Shown here one piece after another: positions 9,198 to 17,796 of a DNA stretch of 64,000 bases; positions within the stretch are counted from its first letter, which is position 1, and each line of letters starts with the position of its first letter. The stretch covers positions 1,536,001 through 1,600,000 of the forward strand of contig CAVZYA010000001.1 in NCBI GenBank assembly GCA_963779415.1, given 5' to 3'. Both the position numbers and the translations under genes were made by a program. The notes under the pieces were generated by a model. It ran no database searches and was not told the DNA's origin. It saw nothing but the letters and a program-made list of their open reading frames with translations. The DNA is from an uncultured Acidobacteriota bacterium (GTDB taxonomy: Bacteria > Acidobacteriota > Thermoanaerobaculia > UBA5066).

Positions 9198-10621
9198 CCG
9201 ACGCCCTCACGAGGCTTCTCGGGCCGATTCTCTTTCTCGCGGCCGGCTGGGGGATCGTCGAGGCCTCCCGCGCGCTCGCGGGTCGGACGCTCCCGGTCCG
9301 GCTGGCCTGGGGATACCTCACGGGCGTCGCTGCGGTCGGACTCTTTCTTCACGCGGTGACGCAGATCGCCGGCCCCGTTCTGACGCGCCCCGTCGTTCTC
9401 GCCGTCTGCGCCTCGTTTTCGCTCCTTCTCCTCGTCGCGCACCCGCGGAGGTCCGGCGCGCCGTTTCCGCCCGCGGCGATCGTCCCGGCGGCGCTCGGCG
9501 CGGCCGTCTCGCTGGGGCTCTTCGCGGCCGCGGCCGGCCGGCCGGTCGCCGAGATCTCCGATTCGATCGCGATCTGGAACACGAAGGCCCGCCAGATCCG
9601 CGCGGCGCGAACGGTCGACGCCCCGGTCATCCGCGAAAGGCGCTATCAGATGGAGGTCCCGACCCATCCGGCGCTCATGCCCGTCGTCCAGGCGGCCGTA
9701 CTCGACGCGCTCGGGACGTCCGATGACGACCGGGGAGTGAAGCCTCTCTATGCCGCGTTCTATCCCGCCCTTCTCATCGTCGTCTTCGACGAGGCAAGGC
9801 GCCGGGCGGGCGCGGCCGCGGCCGCCCTGGCGGCGACCGCCGGCGCGCTTCTCCCGCAGATCTCCACGGAGCCCTTCGGGGGCGCCTCCGGAACCTACAG
9901 CGACCTTCCGCTTGCCTGCTTCCTCGGGACCGGTCTGATCCTCCTGTTCGACCGGCGGCCGACGCTCCGGACGGGCTCGCTCGCCGGGTTCCTCCTCGCC
10001 GCAGCCGTTCTGACGAAGATCGAGGGAATCCACCTCGCCCTTCTCGGCCTTCTCGCCTCCGCCATCGCGCTCCTCCCGTATCTCGTGGCGCTCGGCAGGG
10101 CCGGCAGGCCGCGCGCCGGCCGCCTCGCGTTTCTCGCGCCGGCGGCGGCGGGCGTCGTCGTGGCCGCGGCGTTTCTCGCCCTCTGGCTCTCGGGAGTCGA
10201 GGACCGGATGGGAAACGACTTCTCGGGGCTCTTCTCGGTTGCTGCTGTCGCACGGGGCCTCGTCGAGCGGAGCGGGAGCGTCCTGCGCGCCATCGCGGAA
10301 AGGAGCCTGAACAGGTGGGAATGGGGCTGGTTCTGGCTTGCCGCGCCGGTCGTCGTGATCGCCGGCGGCAGGGCGCTCTTCCGGAGGAGGTCGAGACCGA
10401 TCGTTCTCTTCCTCGCCCTCGCCCCTATCGTCCCGCTGGGCGGCTACCTGATTACCGGCCGCGTTCCGGCCAACCTCGTGGCGGCCACGTGGGACCGTTT
10501 CCTCGTCCAGACATCCACGTTCTGGCTCGTCCTTCTGGCGGTCTGCGCACGCGAAGCGTGGGGCCGGTCACTCCCCGCCCAGCGCGATGCCGGTAAACTG
10601 GGGACGGAGCTTCCACCGTGA
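9194..10621 (+). CDS. Polytopic membrane protein, GT-C (ArnT/PMT-like) glycosyltransferase-like
   Basis: Many TM helices; IWNTKAR, YSDLPLA, TKIEG motifs; ATG 9194 inside the longer ORF-track call. Confidence 0.65.
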   Translation: MTDALTRLLGPILFLAAGWGIVEASRALAGRTLPVRLAWGYLTGVAAVGLFLHAVTQIAGPVLTRPVVLAVCASFSLLLLVAHPRRSGAPFPPAAIVPAALGAAVSLGLFAAAAGRPVAEISDSIAIWNTKARQIRAARTVDAPVIRERRYQMEVPTHPALMPVVQAAVLDALGTSDDDRGVKPLYAAFYPALLIVVFDEARRRAGAAAAALAATAGALLPQISTEPFGGASGTYSDLPLACFLGTGLILLFDRRPTLRTGSLAGFLLAAAVLTKIEGIHLALLGLLASAIALLPYLVALGRAGRPRAGRLAFLAPAAAGVVVAAAFLALWLSGVEDRMGNDFSGLFSVAAVARGLVERSGSVLRAIAERSLNRWEWGWFWLAAPVVVIAGGRALFRRRSRPIVLFLALAPIVPLGGYLITGRVPANLVAATWDRFLVQTSTFWLVLLAVCAREAWGRSLPAQRDAGKLGTELPP

Positions 10622-11778
10622 GCGCCCGTTGGGAACGCCGCGAGATCGTCCTTCGCACCACCGCGACCGGCCACCGGCTGACGGCCCCGGTCTTCTGGTG
10701 TCACGGACGGAACGAGCGCCCCCTCGCGTATCTCCAGGCCAACGTCCACGGCGGCGAGCTTCAGGGAAACGCGGCGATCCTCGCCCTCTTCGACCTCCTC
10801 GAGAAGGAGCCGCCGCGCGGGAGCCTCCTTCTCGTCCCGCGCGTCAACCCGATCGCCGCGAGCCAGCAGATCGGCGATTACGTGGCCGGCGTCTACGACT
10901 TCGGCTCGGGGCAGAATTTCAATCGCGGCTACCTCTATCTCACCGGCCCGTCGCGCGCGAGCAGCGCCCCCTATGTCGATGTCGACGCCTTCGCCGCCGT
11001 CCACCGTGACGCCACCCTCTCCGAGATCCGCGACGGCTTCCGCGAGGCGCTCAAGGCGGCGCTTCACGCCATCCGCGAGTCGGCGGCGACGTGGGGAATG
11101 GACACGCGGCTGGAGTTCGCCCTCGCCATCCAGGAGCTGGCCGTGGAGGCGGACGTCGTCTTCGACCTCCACACCGGAGACCGCGCGCCTCGCTATCTCT
11201 ACGCCCCGGACGGAGCGGTCGCGGCGACGCGCGCGTTCGGGATCCCCTTCGTCCTCGAGGTGCCGCCTCGGTTCGCCGGGGCGCTGGACGAAGCCTCGTT
11301 CGTCCCGTGGAACGATCTCTCCGAGGCGTTCAAGCGGGTCGCGCGCTCCGACGTCCGGCGTTTCGTGGACGGATTCACCGTGGAGCTCGGCTCGATGAAC
11401 GCCTTCTCGCTCGCGCAGGGCGCGGAAGACGCCAAGCGGATCGCCTCGGTACTCCGTCATTACGGCATCCTCGACGGCGAGCCGGACGAGCCGGCCTACC
11501 GGATCTCGGCCTGCGCCGTGGCCGACTACCAGTCGATCGCCGCTGAAGCGGGAGGACTCGTCGACGCGGCCGTCGCCCCCGGCTCGCCCGTCCGGAAAGG
11601 AGACCTCCTCGCCCGGATCGTCGACCCGGCTCTCTGCTCTCTTCCGCCCCGCTCGGCCGACGCCGTCATCGAGGTGCGCGCCCCGGAAGACGGGATCGTC
11701 ATCCTCTTCCACGCCTTCGCTTCGATCCCGAAGGGGGCGCGGCTCCTCTCGATGATGACGAAGGTGAAAGAACTGTAG
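10618..11778 (+). CDS. Succinylglutamate desuccinylase/aspartoacylase family (M14-like)
   Basis: QANVHGGELQG, PRVNP, NFNR, FDLHT, TVELG; C-terminal biotinyl-like domain. Confidence 0.85.
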   Translation: MSARWERREIVLRTTATGHRLTAPVFWCHGRNERPLAYLQANVHGGELQGNAAILALFDLLEKEPPRGSLLLVPRVNPIAASQQIGDYVAGVYDFGSGQNFNRGYLYLTGPSRASSAPYVDVDAFAAVHRDATLSEIRDGFREALKAALHAIRESAATWGMDTRLEFALAIQELAVEADVVFDLHTGDRAPRYLYAPDGAVAATRAFGIPFVLEVPPRFAGALDEASFVPWNDLSEAFKRVARSDVRRFVDGFTVELGSMNAFSLAQGAEDAKRIASVLRHYGILDGEPDEPAYRISACAVADYQSIAAEAGGLVDAAVAPGSPVRKGDLLARIVDPALCSLPPRSADAVIEVRAPEDGIVILFHAFASIPKGARLLSMMTKVKEL

Positions 11779-11780
11779 GG

Positions 11781-13577
11781 CTACTTCAAATACCCGAGGC
11801 TCTTCAGGTTCTCCACGTACTCTTTCGGGTCGATGGCCGCCACGGCGCGCGGGCGGACGCCCCACGACGCGACGGTGGCGGACGTGACCGCACCCGGCTG
11901 AAGAAGACCGGCCCGCACCTTCCCTGCCGCCTCGCGCGAAGCCGGGATTCCGAGCGCCGCGAGAACCGTGGGAGCGACATCGGCTGGAGCGAGGCTCTCT
12001 TCCGCACCCGGGCGCGCGAGGGGGCCGGCGAGGCGGAGGACTCCTCCCTCTTCGCCCCGGCCTCCATCGAAGAGGACAACGACGAGATCGATCCCTTCGC
12101 GCCAGGCCGGGTCGTCGAGGAACACGCGGATCTTCCGCGCTTCCGCGGTCACCGCCTCTGCCAGGGTCACGCGGTCCGCGGCGCTGCGCCCGGGATCGGA
12201 GAGCGCCGCGCCGAGAATGTCGAGTCCGGGGAGATAGAGGAGGGAGAGGCGGGGCCTCTCCCGCGAGAGGGCGTCGAGAAAGACGGCGAGCGCGAAATCG
12301 TCGAGTCCCGCGGCATCGGCCACGAGGCGATCCCGCGACCCCGCAGGCGGCGCCGCCCGCGGTGCCCGTGCCGCGGCACGGGAGACCGCCTCCGCCGGCC
12401 ATCCTTCCCCCGAGAGCGAGCTCCCCGCGCGGGCGGCGAAAAAGAGGTGGTTCGAGAGGATCGTCCCGCCTCCGTCGCCGGCCGGATAGGTGGTCCACCA
12501 GTTCACGACGAGCGACGCGACGCCGGCACGCCGGGCGACTTCCCAGGCCGCAGGCACTCTTCGCGCCGCAGCCGTCACCGACTCGCGACGCGCCACGCCG
12601 ATCGCCGGGAGGACCCTGCCGAGAAAAAAGGCGGAGACCCCGACGGGCCGAAAAGGCGAGCCGACCCCCGCGATCCGGACGAGATCGAGCGCGCCGATGC
12701 CGTGGCGCGACGCGTTCTCTCCCGTCGCCACCGTCGTCCAGAACGCGGCGGGATCCCGATCCGGCTTGACGTAGCGCGCCCCCGCCGCGCCGAACGAGGC
12801 GGCGAAAGTCTCCCCTTCGCCGAGATACCGGTCCGACCAGCCGTCGATCCCGACGACGACGACCCGTCGGGAGTTCGCCTCGACGACGAGCGGGCCGGAG
12901 GCCGCGCTCTCCGGCCGCGAAACCCAGAGAAGCGCCCCCGCGGCGAGGGCGACGAGGGCCAGGGCGAGCCCCGCGAGGCCGAGCCGCCGGGGGCTGCCGA
13001 AGGCGGCCCGGCCCGTCGCCAGGAGCGCTGCGAGGGTCACGCCGCGGGCGGTCCGAACCGCGATGAAGACGGCGAACGCGAGCGACACGAGGACCGCCGT
13101 CGCCGCGAGCGGGCCCGCGGCGCGAAGCGCCGGGACCGCGGCCGCGACCGCGCCGACCCCGGCCACGACTCCGAATCCCGCCGCGATCTCCCGGGCCACC
13201 CCTTCCGCATCCGCCCGTCCACGGACCCGGAGAAAGGCCGCGCTGACGAGGACGAGGACGATCACGGCGGCCACTCCGACCGAGCCTGCGGCGATCCAGA
13301 GAAAGAGGACGGCCGCGTCGCGGAGGGGAAGCGCCGCCGCGACGGCGTTGATGACCGTCTCGACGAGAGCGAGGGCGAGCGCGAGGAAGAACGCGCCCAC
13401 GGCCGCTCCGAAGAGGAGGCTCTGCGCCCGTGACCGGGTCGCCAGCGCCCCCTTCAGCACCGCGCCCTCCACGCCGCGGTCGAGGTAGCCCCGCTCGCGC
13501 AGCCTCTCGCGCGCCGCCTCGAACGAAAGCGGAGATTCTTCGGCTCCCTCCCGAGGGGGAGTTTCGCGCTCCGTCAT
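11781..13577 (-). CDS. Membrane-anchored alkaline phosphatase/sulfatase superfamily protein
   Basis: N-terminal TM block, VVVGIDG, WTTVATG, VNWWTTYPA, DVAPTVL, C-terminal LKSLGYL. Confidence 0.75.
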   Translation of the reverse strand: MTERETPPREGAEESPLSFEAARERLRERGYLDRGVEGAVLKGALATRSRAQSLLFGAAVGAFFLALALALVETVINAVAAALPLRDAAVLFLWIAAGSVGVAAVIVLVLVSAAFLRVRGRADAEGVAREIAAGFGVVAGVGAVAAAVPALRAAGPLAATAVLVSLAFAVFIAVRTARGVTLAALLATGRAAFGSPRRLGLAGLALALVALAAGALLWVSRPESAASGPLVVEANSRRVVVVGIDGWSDRYLGEGETFAASFGAAGARYVKPDRDPAAFWTTVATGENASRHGIGALDLVRIAGVGSPFRPVGVSAFFLGRVLPAIGVARRESVTAAARRVPAAWEVARRAGVASLVVNWWTTYPAGDGGGTILSNHLFFAARAGSSLSGEGWPAEAVSRAAARAPRAAPPAGSRDRLVADAAGLDDFALAVFLDALSRERPRLSLLYLPGLDILGAALSDPGRSAADRVTLAEAVTAEARKIRVFLDDPAWREGIDLVVVLFDGGRGEEGGVLRLAGPLARPGAEESLAPADVAPTVLAALGIPASREAAGKVRAGLLQPGAVTSATVASWGVRPRAVAAIDPKEYVENLKSLGYLK

Positions 13578-13636
13578 GGGAACTCGGAAGTTACCGTACT
13601 GTCGCTCTTCCTCTTAGAAAGAAAAGAAACCTCTCC

Positions 13637-14536
13637 TCAACTCGTCCTGTCGCGCAGAGCCACGGCGAACTCCTTCAGAAGCTCCGCCTTCTTCCCGAAG
13701 CCGGCGAGACTTTCGACGGCATGCTGGGTCAGCTCCGCCACGAGCCGGCGGGCGCCCTCGGCGCCGACATGCCGCGCGAAGCTCGGCGTCGGAGGGCGGC
13801 GCGACTCCTTCCCCGTCTGCGCCGACGGGTCGCGCTCGAGCAGGTCGTCCACGATCTGGAACGCGAGGCCGACGTTTTTCGCGTACGAGCGGACGGCCGC
13901 CAGCTCCTTCTCCCGTGCGCGGCCGAGGACCGCTCCGAGCTCGGCCGACGCGACGAAGAGAGCCCCCGTCTTCCGCGCGTGGATCGTCTCCAGCCGCTCG
14001 AAGGTCGCTGCGTCGGGAGGCGTCCGGAGATCGAGAGCCTGACCCGATGCGAGGCCCGCGAGGCCCGAGGCCTCCGCGAGGCGGCTGATCAGGTCGAGCG
14101 CGGCCGAGGCCGGAACGCCGCGGCCGGCGAGTCCGCAGTCGGCGAGAACGCCGAAGGCTCGCGCGAGAAGCGTGACGGCGGCGAGAATCGCGAGGTCCTC
14201 CCCCTGGGAGACGTGAAGGGCCGGCCGTCCCCGCCGCGTCGTGGCGTCGTCCATCGAGGGGAGGTCGTCGAGGGCGAGCGAGGCCGCGTGGACCATCTCG
14301 ACCGCGCAGGCGGGGTCGAGGAGGCGCTCGCGGGGCGTCCCGAAGAGATCCCCCGCGAGAAAGGCGAGTGCCGGACGGACGCGCTTGCCCGGGGAGAGAA
14401 GCGCCTCGCGCGAGGCGGCGGGGAGGAGATCGAGGGGATCGGCCTCGGGCCCGGCGAGAAGCTCCGGGAGCCGCGCGTCCACGGCCTCGCGAGCCGCGCG
14501 AAGGTCCCTCGAAAGACGCGTCTCCTCGGCGGGCAT
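13637..14536 (-). CDS. Polyprenyl (geranylgeranyl/farnesyl) diphosphate synthase
   Basis: GKRVRP, LDDLPSMDDATTRRG, GQALD, KTGALF, FQIVDD. Confidence 0.92.
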   Translation of the reverse strand: MPAEETRLSRDLRAAREAVDARLPELLAGPEADPLDLLPAASREALLSPGKRVRPALAFLAGDLFGTPRERLLDPACAVEMVHAASLALDDLPSMDDATTRRGRPALHVSQGEDLAILAAVTLLARAFGVLADCGLAGRGVPASAALDLISRLAEASGLAGLASGQALDLRTPPDAATFERLETIHARKTGALFVASAELGAVLGRAREKELAAVRSYAKNVGLAFQIVDDLLERDPSAQTGKESRRPPTPSFARHVGAEGARRLVAELTQHAVESLAGFGKKAELLKEFAVALRDRTS

Positions 14537-14592
14537 CGAGCCGATTCTCCTCTGCGGCGGGCGCCCGGCGCCCGCCGCCCGGGCCGTCCGGA

Positions 14593-14937
14593 TCAGGAGA
14601 AGCTGGCGACCGCGTCCTTCTCGTCGGAATAGACGTCGAAGACCGTGATCAGCTGCGTCACGGTCAGGACGTCGCTGATCTTCGGCGGCAGGCTCATCAG
14701 CTTCAGCTTCGCCCCGCGGTGCGTCGCCGTCGTGTAGCAGCCGACGAGCTCGCCGACGCCCGACGAGTCGATCGTCGTGACGTCCTTCATGTCGATGAGG
14801 ATCTTCTTTGCCCCGGCCGAGAGGGCGGCGTGAATCCCCTCGCGCATCTGCAGGTCGCCCGAGCCGATCGTGATCTTCCCGTGCAGCTCGATGACCTTGA
14901 TGTCGGCGGTGTCTCGCGTGGTGACGGTCTTGCTCAT
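14593..14937 (-). CDS. STAS-domain anti-sigma factor antagonist (RsbV-like)
   Basis: IDMKDVTTIDSSGVGELV phospho-Ser motif; ATG at 14937. Confidence 0.9.
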   Translation of the reverse strand: MSKTVTTRDTADIKVIELHGKITIGSGDLQMREGIHAALSAGAKKILIDMKDVTTIDSSGVGELVGCYTTATHRGAKLKLMSLPPKISDVLTVTQLITVFDVYSDEKDAVASFS

Positions 14938-15395
14938 GAGGCTTCGACTCCCTTCGTCCTGGATGTCGTCCGGACTTTCTTCTTCAGGGTGAGGAGCGTT
15001 CCTCCCGTCTCCCCACGGGAAAACGAAACCTCGTCCATGAAGGTTCGCATGTAAAAGATGCCGCGGCCGGAGGTTTTCATCTGGTTCTCGGGCGCGAGGG
15101 GATCCGCCACGTCGTCCGGCGCGAAGCCCGCCCCCTCGTCCCCGACCTCGATCGTCAGCGACCCGGCGTCGGCCCGGAAGGCGAGGAGAACCCTCTTGCC
15201 GGCATCCTGGCGGTTCCCGTGCTTGATCGCGTTCGCGAGGGCCTCGCGGAGCGCCATTCCGATCCAGTGCTCGGTCTCCTCCACCACGCCCCGCTGGCGG
15301 CAGACGGTGTCGAGGAGAGCTTCCGCCAGCTCGATGTTCGGATAGCGGCTCGACAGCCACATCACGATCTCCGGCGGCGTGTCGGTTTCGATCAT
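14934..15395 (-). CDS. Anti-sigma factor / Ser kinase (RsbW-like HATPase)
   Basis: EALANAIKHG, DEGAGF, SGRGIFYM; ATG 15395; ATGA overlap with the STAS gene. Confidence 0.9.
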   Translation of the reverse strand: MIETDTPPEIVMWLSSRYPNIELAEALLDTVCRQRGVVEETEHWIGMALREALANAIKHGNRQDAGKRVLLAFRADAGSLTIEVGDEGAGFAPDDVADPLAPENQMKTSGRGIFYMRTFMDEVSFSRGETGGTLLTLKKKVRTTSRTKGVEAS

Positions 15396-15500
15396 CCGGC
15401 GTCGGGCGAGGCCGCCGGGACTCCGGCCGGCACGGCGCGGCCCCCTGCTAAGCTCTTCGCCCCGATGTTCACCTCCCCGAGGAATTTCGAGAGCCCGCGC

Positions 15501-16835
15501 ATGATACGCGAGGCCGGCTCGAGGCGTCCACAGCGGGCAGGGGTGGCCGCCGCTCTCTTCCTCGCCGCGATCACGGCTCTCCCGGTCTCTGCCCGGGACG
15601 CTTCCTCGGGGCTCCCGGATCGCCTCCCCGCCGCGGTGGCGGAAGCCCAGCGGCTGGTCGAGCAGATCCGCGGCGTCCCGTTTCCCGGCACCATCGCCTC
15701 GGCCGTCCTCCCGGAAAGGGAGCTGCCGCGCGTCCTCGAGAAGAAGCTCGCCGAGGACCTGCCGGTCTCCTTCGATCGCTACGCCGCGTCCCTCGTGGCC
15801 CTCGGGCTCGTCCCGCCGGAGCGGGACCTGAAGCGCCGGATGCTGAAGCTCTACTCGCGACAGGTGGCCGGCTTCTACGACCCGGAAGAAAAGAAGTTCT
15901 TCGTCGTTCCGGAGCGCTCCGCCGAGGCGGCTTCCAGCGCGGCAGGCTTCGGCGCGGGGGCGGAAGGGCTCCTCGAGGAGGCGCTCCTGACCCACGAGCT
16001 GACGCACGCGCTCCAGGACCGCCGGCTCGACCTGGTCCCGCGAATGGCGGCACTCCGCGACAACTCCGACGCCTCCCTCGCCCTTCAGGCGTTTCTCGAG
16101 GGGGAGGCGACCGTCGTCATGATGGAGGCGATCCTTGCGCGCCTCCCGGCCGAGACGAGAGCCGCCACCTCGGCCGAGCAGCTCCTCGGCTCCATGGCCC
16201 AGATCGCCTCCGGGGCGGTCGAAGGGGCCGAAGGGGTCCCCGAGTATTTCGTGAAGGAGCTCCTCTTTCCCTACACGGCCGGGACCGCGTGGGTCTCCGA
16301 GCGGCGGAGCCACGGCGGATGGATGATCATCGACGCCAACTACGACCATCCCCCCGAGACGACCGCCGAGATCCTCGAGCCGTCCCGGACGGGCGCGCCG
16401 CGGAAGCTCCTTCCGTTCTCGGCCCTTCCGTCGTCGGAGGACCTTCCCCCGAGGAGCCTGCCTCTCTACGTCGACCAGCTCGGTGCTTTCGTCCTTCGCT
16501 CCCTTCTCGAAGACGCCGGCGCCTCCGACGCCGGAGCCCTCGCGGAGGCGTGGCAGGACGACCGCGTCCTCTTCTACGAACGGAGCGGCGCGCCCGGCGG
16601 GCCGGTCGGTTTCGTCTGGAGCCTTCGTCTCTCCACGCCCGACGCCGCGCGGAAGGTGGCGGCCCTTCTCACCCCGTTCTATGCCGCGCGTGCTCCGGGC
16701 GCCGCTTCGGTTCTCGCCACGAGGGACGTCGTCCGCGTGACGCGTCGGCTCTCGCTCGCCGTCCGCCGTCCGGCCCCGGCGCTCCCGGCGCTCACTTCAC
16801 CGGCAGAAGCTTCAGTACCTCCGGCACGAAGATGA
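15501..16835 (+). CDS. Secreted zincin-like HExxH protein
   Basis: Signal-like N-terminus; VAGFYDP, THELTHALQD, LEGEAT, FPY..G, P.TTAEIL.P. Confidence 0.7.
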   Translation: MIREAGSRRPQRAGVAAALFLAAITALPVSARDASSGLPDRLPAAVAEAQRLVEQIRGVPFPGTIASAVLPERELPRVLEKKLAEDLPVSFDRYAASLVALGLVPPERDLKRRMLKLYSRQVAGFYDPEEKKFFVVPERSAEAASSAAGFGAGAEGLLEEALLTHELTHALQDRRLDLVPRMAALRDNSDASLALQAFLEGEATVVMMEAILARLPAETRAATSAEQLLGSMAQIASGAVEGAEGVPEYFVKELLFPYTAGTAWVSERRSHGGWMIIDANYDHPPETTAEILEPSRTGAPRKLLPFSALPSSEDLPPRSLPLYVDQLGAFVLRSLLEDAGASDAGALAEAWQDDRVLFYERSGAPGGPVGFVWSLRLSTPDAARKVAALLTPFYAARAPGAASVLATRDVVRVTRRLSLAVRRPAPALPALTSPAEASVPPARR

Positions 16836-17574
16836 AGAGCTGTATGGCGTTGAACGTGCCGTGCGCGAGCATCGGAGCCCAGATCGCCCCCGTCCTCCGG
16901 TAGGCCTCCGCGAGGACCACGGTGATCGCGAGGAGGCCGACGAAGATGAACGGCTCCCCGTAGCCGGCATGCGCGAGAAGGAAGAAGACCGAGGCGGGGA
17001 CGGCGCCGAGCCGCCGCTGGAGAAACGCGCGGAAGTGGAACTCCTCGACCGTCATCGCGCAAAGGACGACGAGGACGCGCTTGAGGATCGATAGCTCCGC
17101 GATCCACTGGACGAGCGGCGATGCGGCTTCCGGGCCGGGATAACCGAGGAGCCGGACGCCGAGCGCGAACGCGAGACCGACGACGAGCGTCAGAACCCAG
17201 CCGATCAGCCCGAGGCAGATCCCCGCCCCCGCCTCGCGAAGAGGGTGGCGGCTCCGAAGCGCGAGGAACTCCGCGAGCGGAGGCCGGCCGGCGAGGAACC
17301 ACCAGAGAGCGAGGAAGAGCGTCAGGAGCGCCTGCACGAGGAAGACCCCCCCGAAGGAGAGGCGGCTCGTGTCGATCGGAAAGGGGGTCTGGGAGACCGG
17401 GAGGAGCAGCGTGGCGACGAGGACGAGAAAGAGAAGCCCCATCGCCGCCCCCTTCCGGAGCGGCGTCGGGAAGCGGTCGACGGCGAAGCGTCCGCGCGCG
17501 TCGGCGACGGCGAGGATCGCGACGAGTAACGGAAGACCGGCCCCGAAGAGAAGGACCAGGTCGAGGCGATTCAC
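16792..17574 (-). CDS. CPBP/Abi (CAAX-like) intramembrane metalloprotease
   Basis: EEFHFR, FLLAH, AHGTFN motifs; multiple TM helices. Confidence 0.85.
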   Translation of the reverse strand: MNRLDLVLLFGAGLPLLVAILAVADARGRFAVDRFPTPLRKGAAMGLLFLVLVATLLLPVSQTPFPIDTSRLSFGGVFLVQALLTLFLALWWFLAGRPPLAEFLALRSRHPLREAGAGICLGLIGWVLTLVVGLAFALGVRLLGYPGPEAASPLVQWIAELSILKRVLVVLCAMTVEEFHFRAFLQRRLGAVPASVFFLLAHAGYGEPFIFVGLLAITVVLAEAYRRTGAIWAPMLAHGTFNAIQLFIFVPEVLKLLPVK

Positions 17575-17796
17575 GACATCAGCCGCCGCGCGCGCGGCAC
17601 GGGTGGCGCACGATCCGGAAGGATACCGTGAGCGACGGCGGGCCTACGTCCCGCCGAGGACCTTCGAGAGGCTCGCGACCAGGGAGACGACGCCCGTCCG
17701 GGCGCTCTTGGCATAGAATGAGTCTCAGTTACTTGTATGGCGGCGCGGAAACGGCCCGCTCTCGCGTGCCGCTCCCGACGAGCGAAGGAGACGCCC

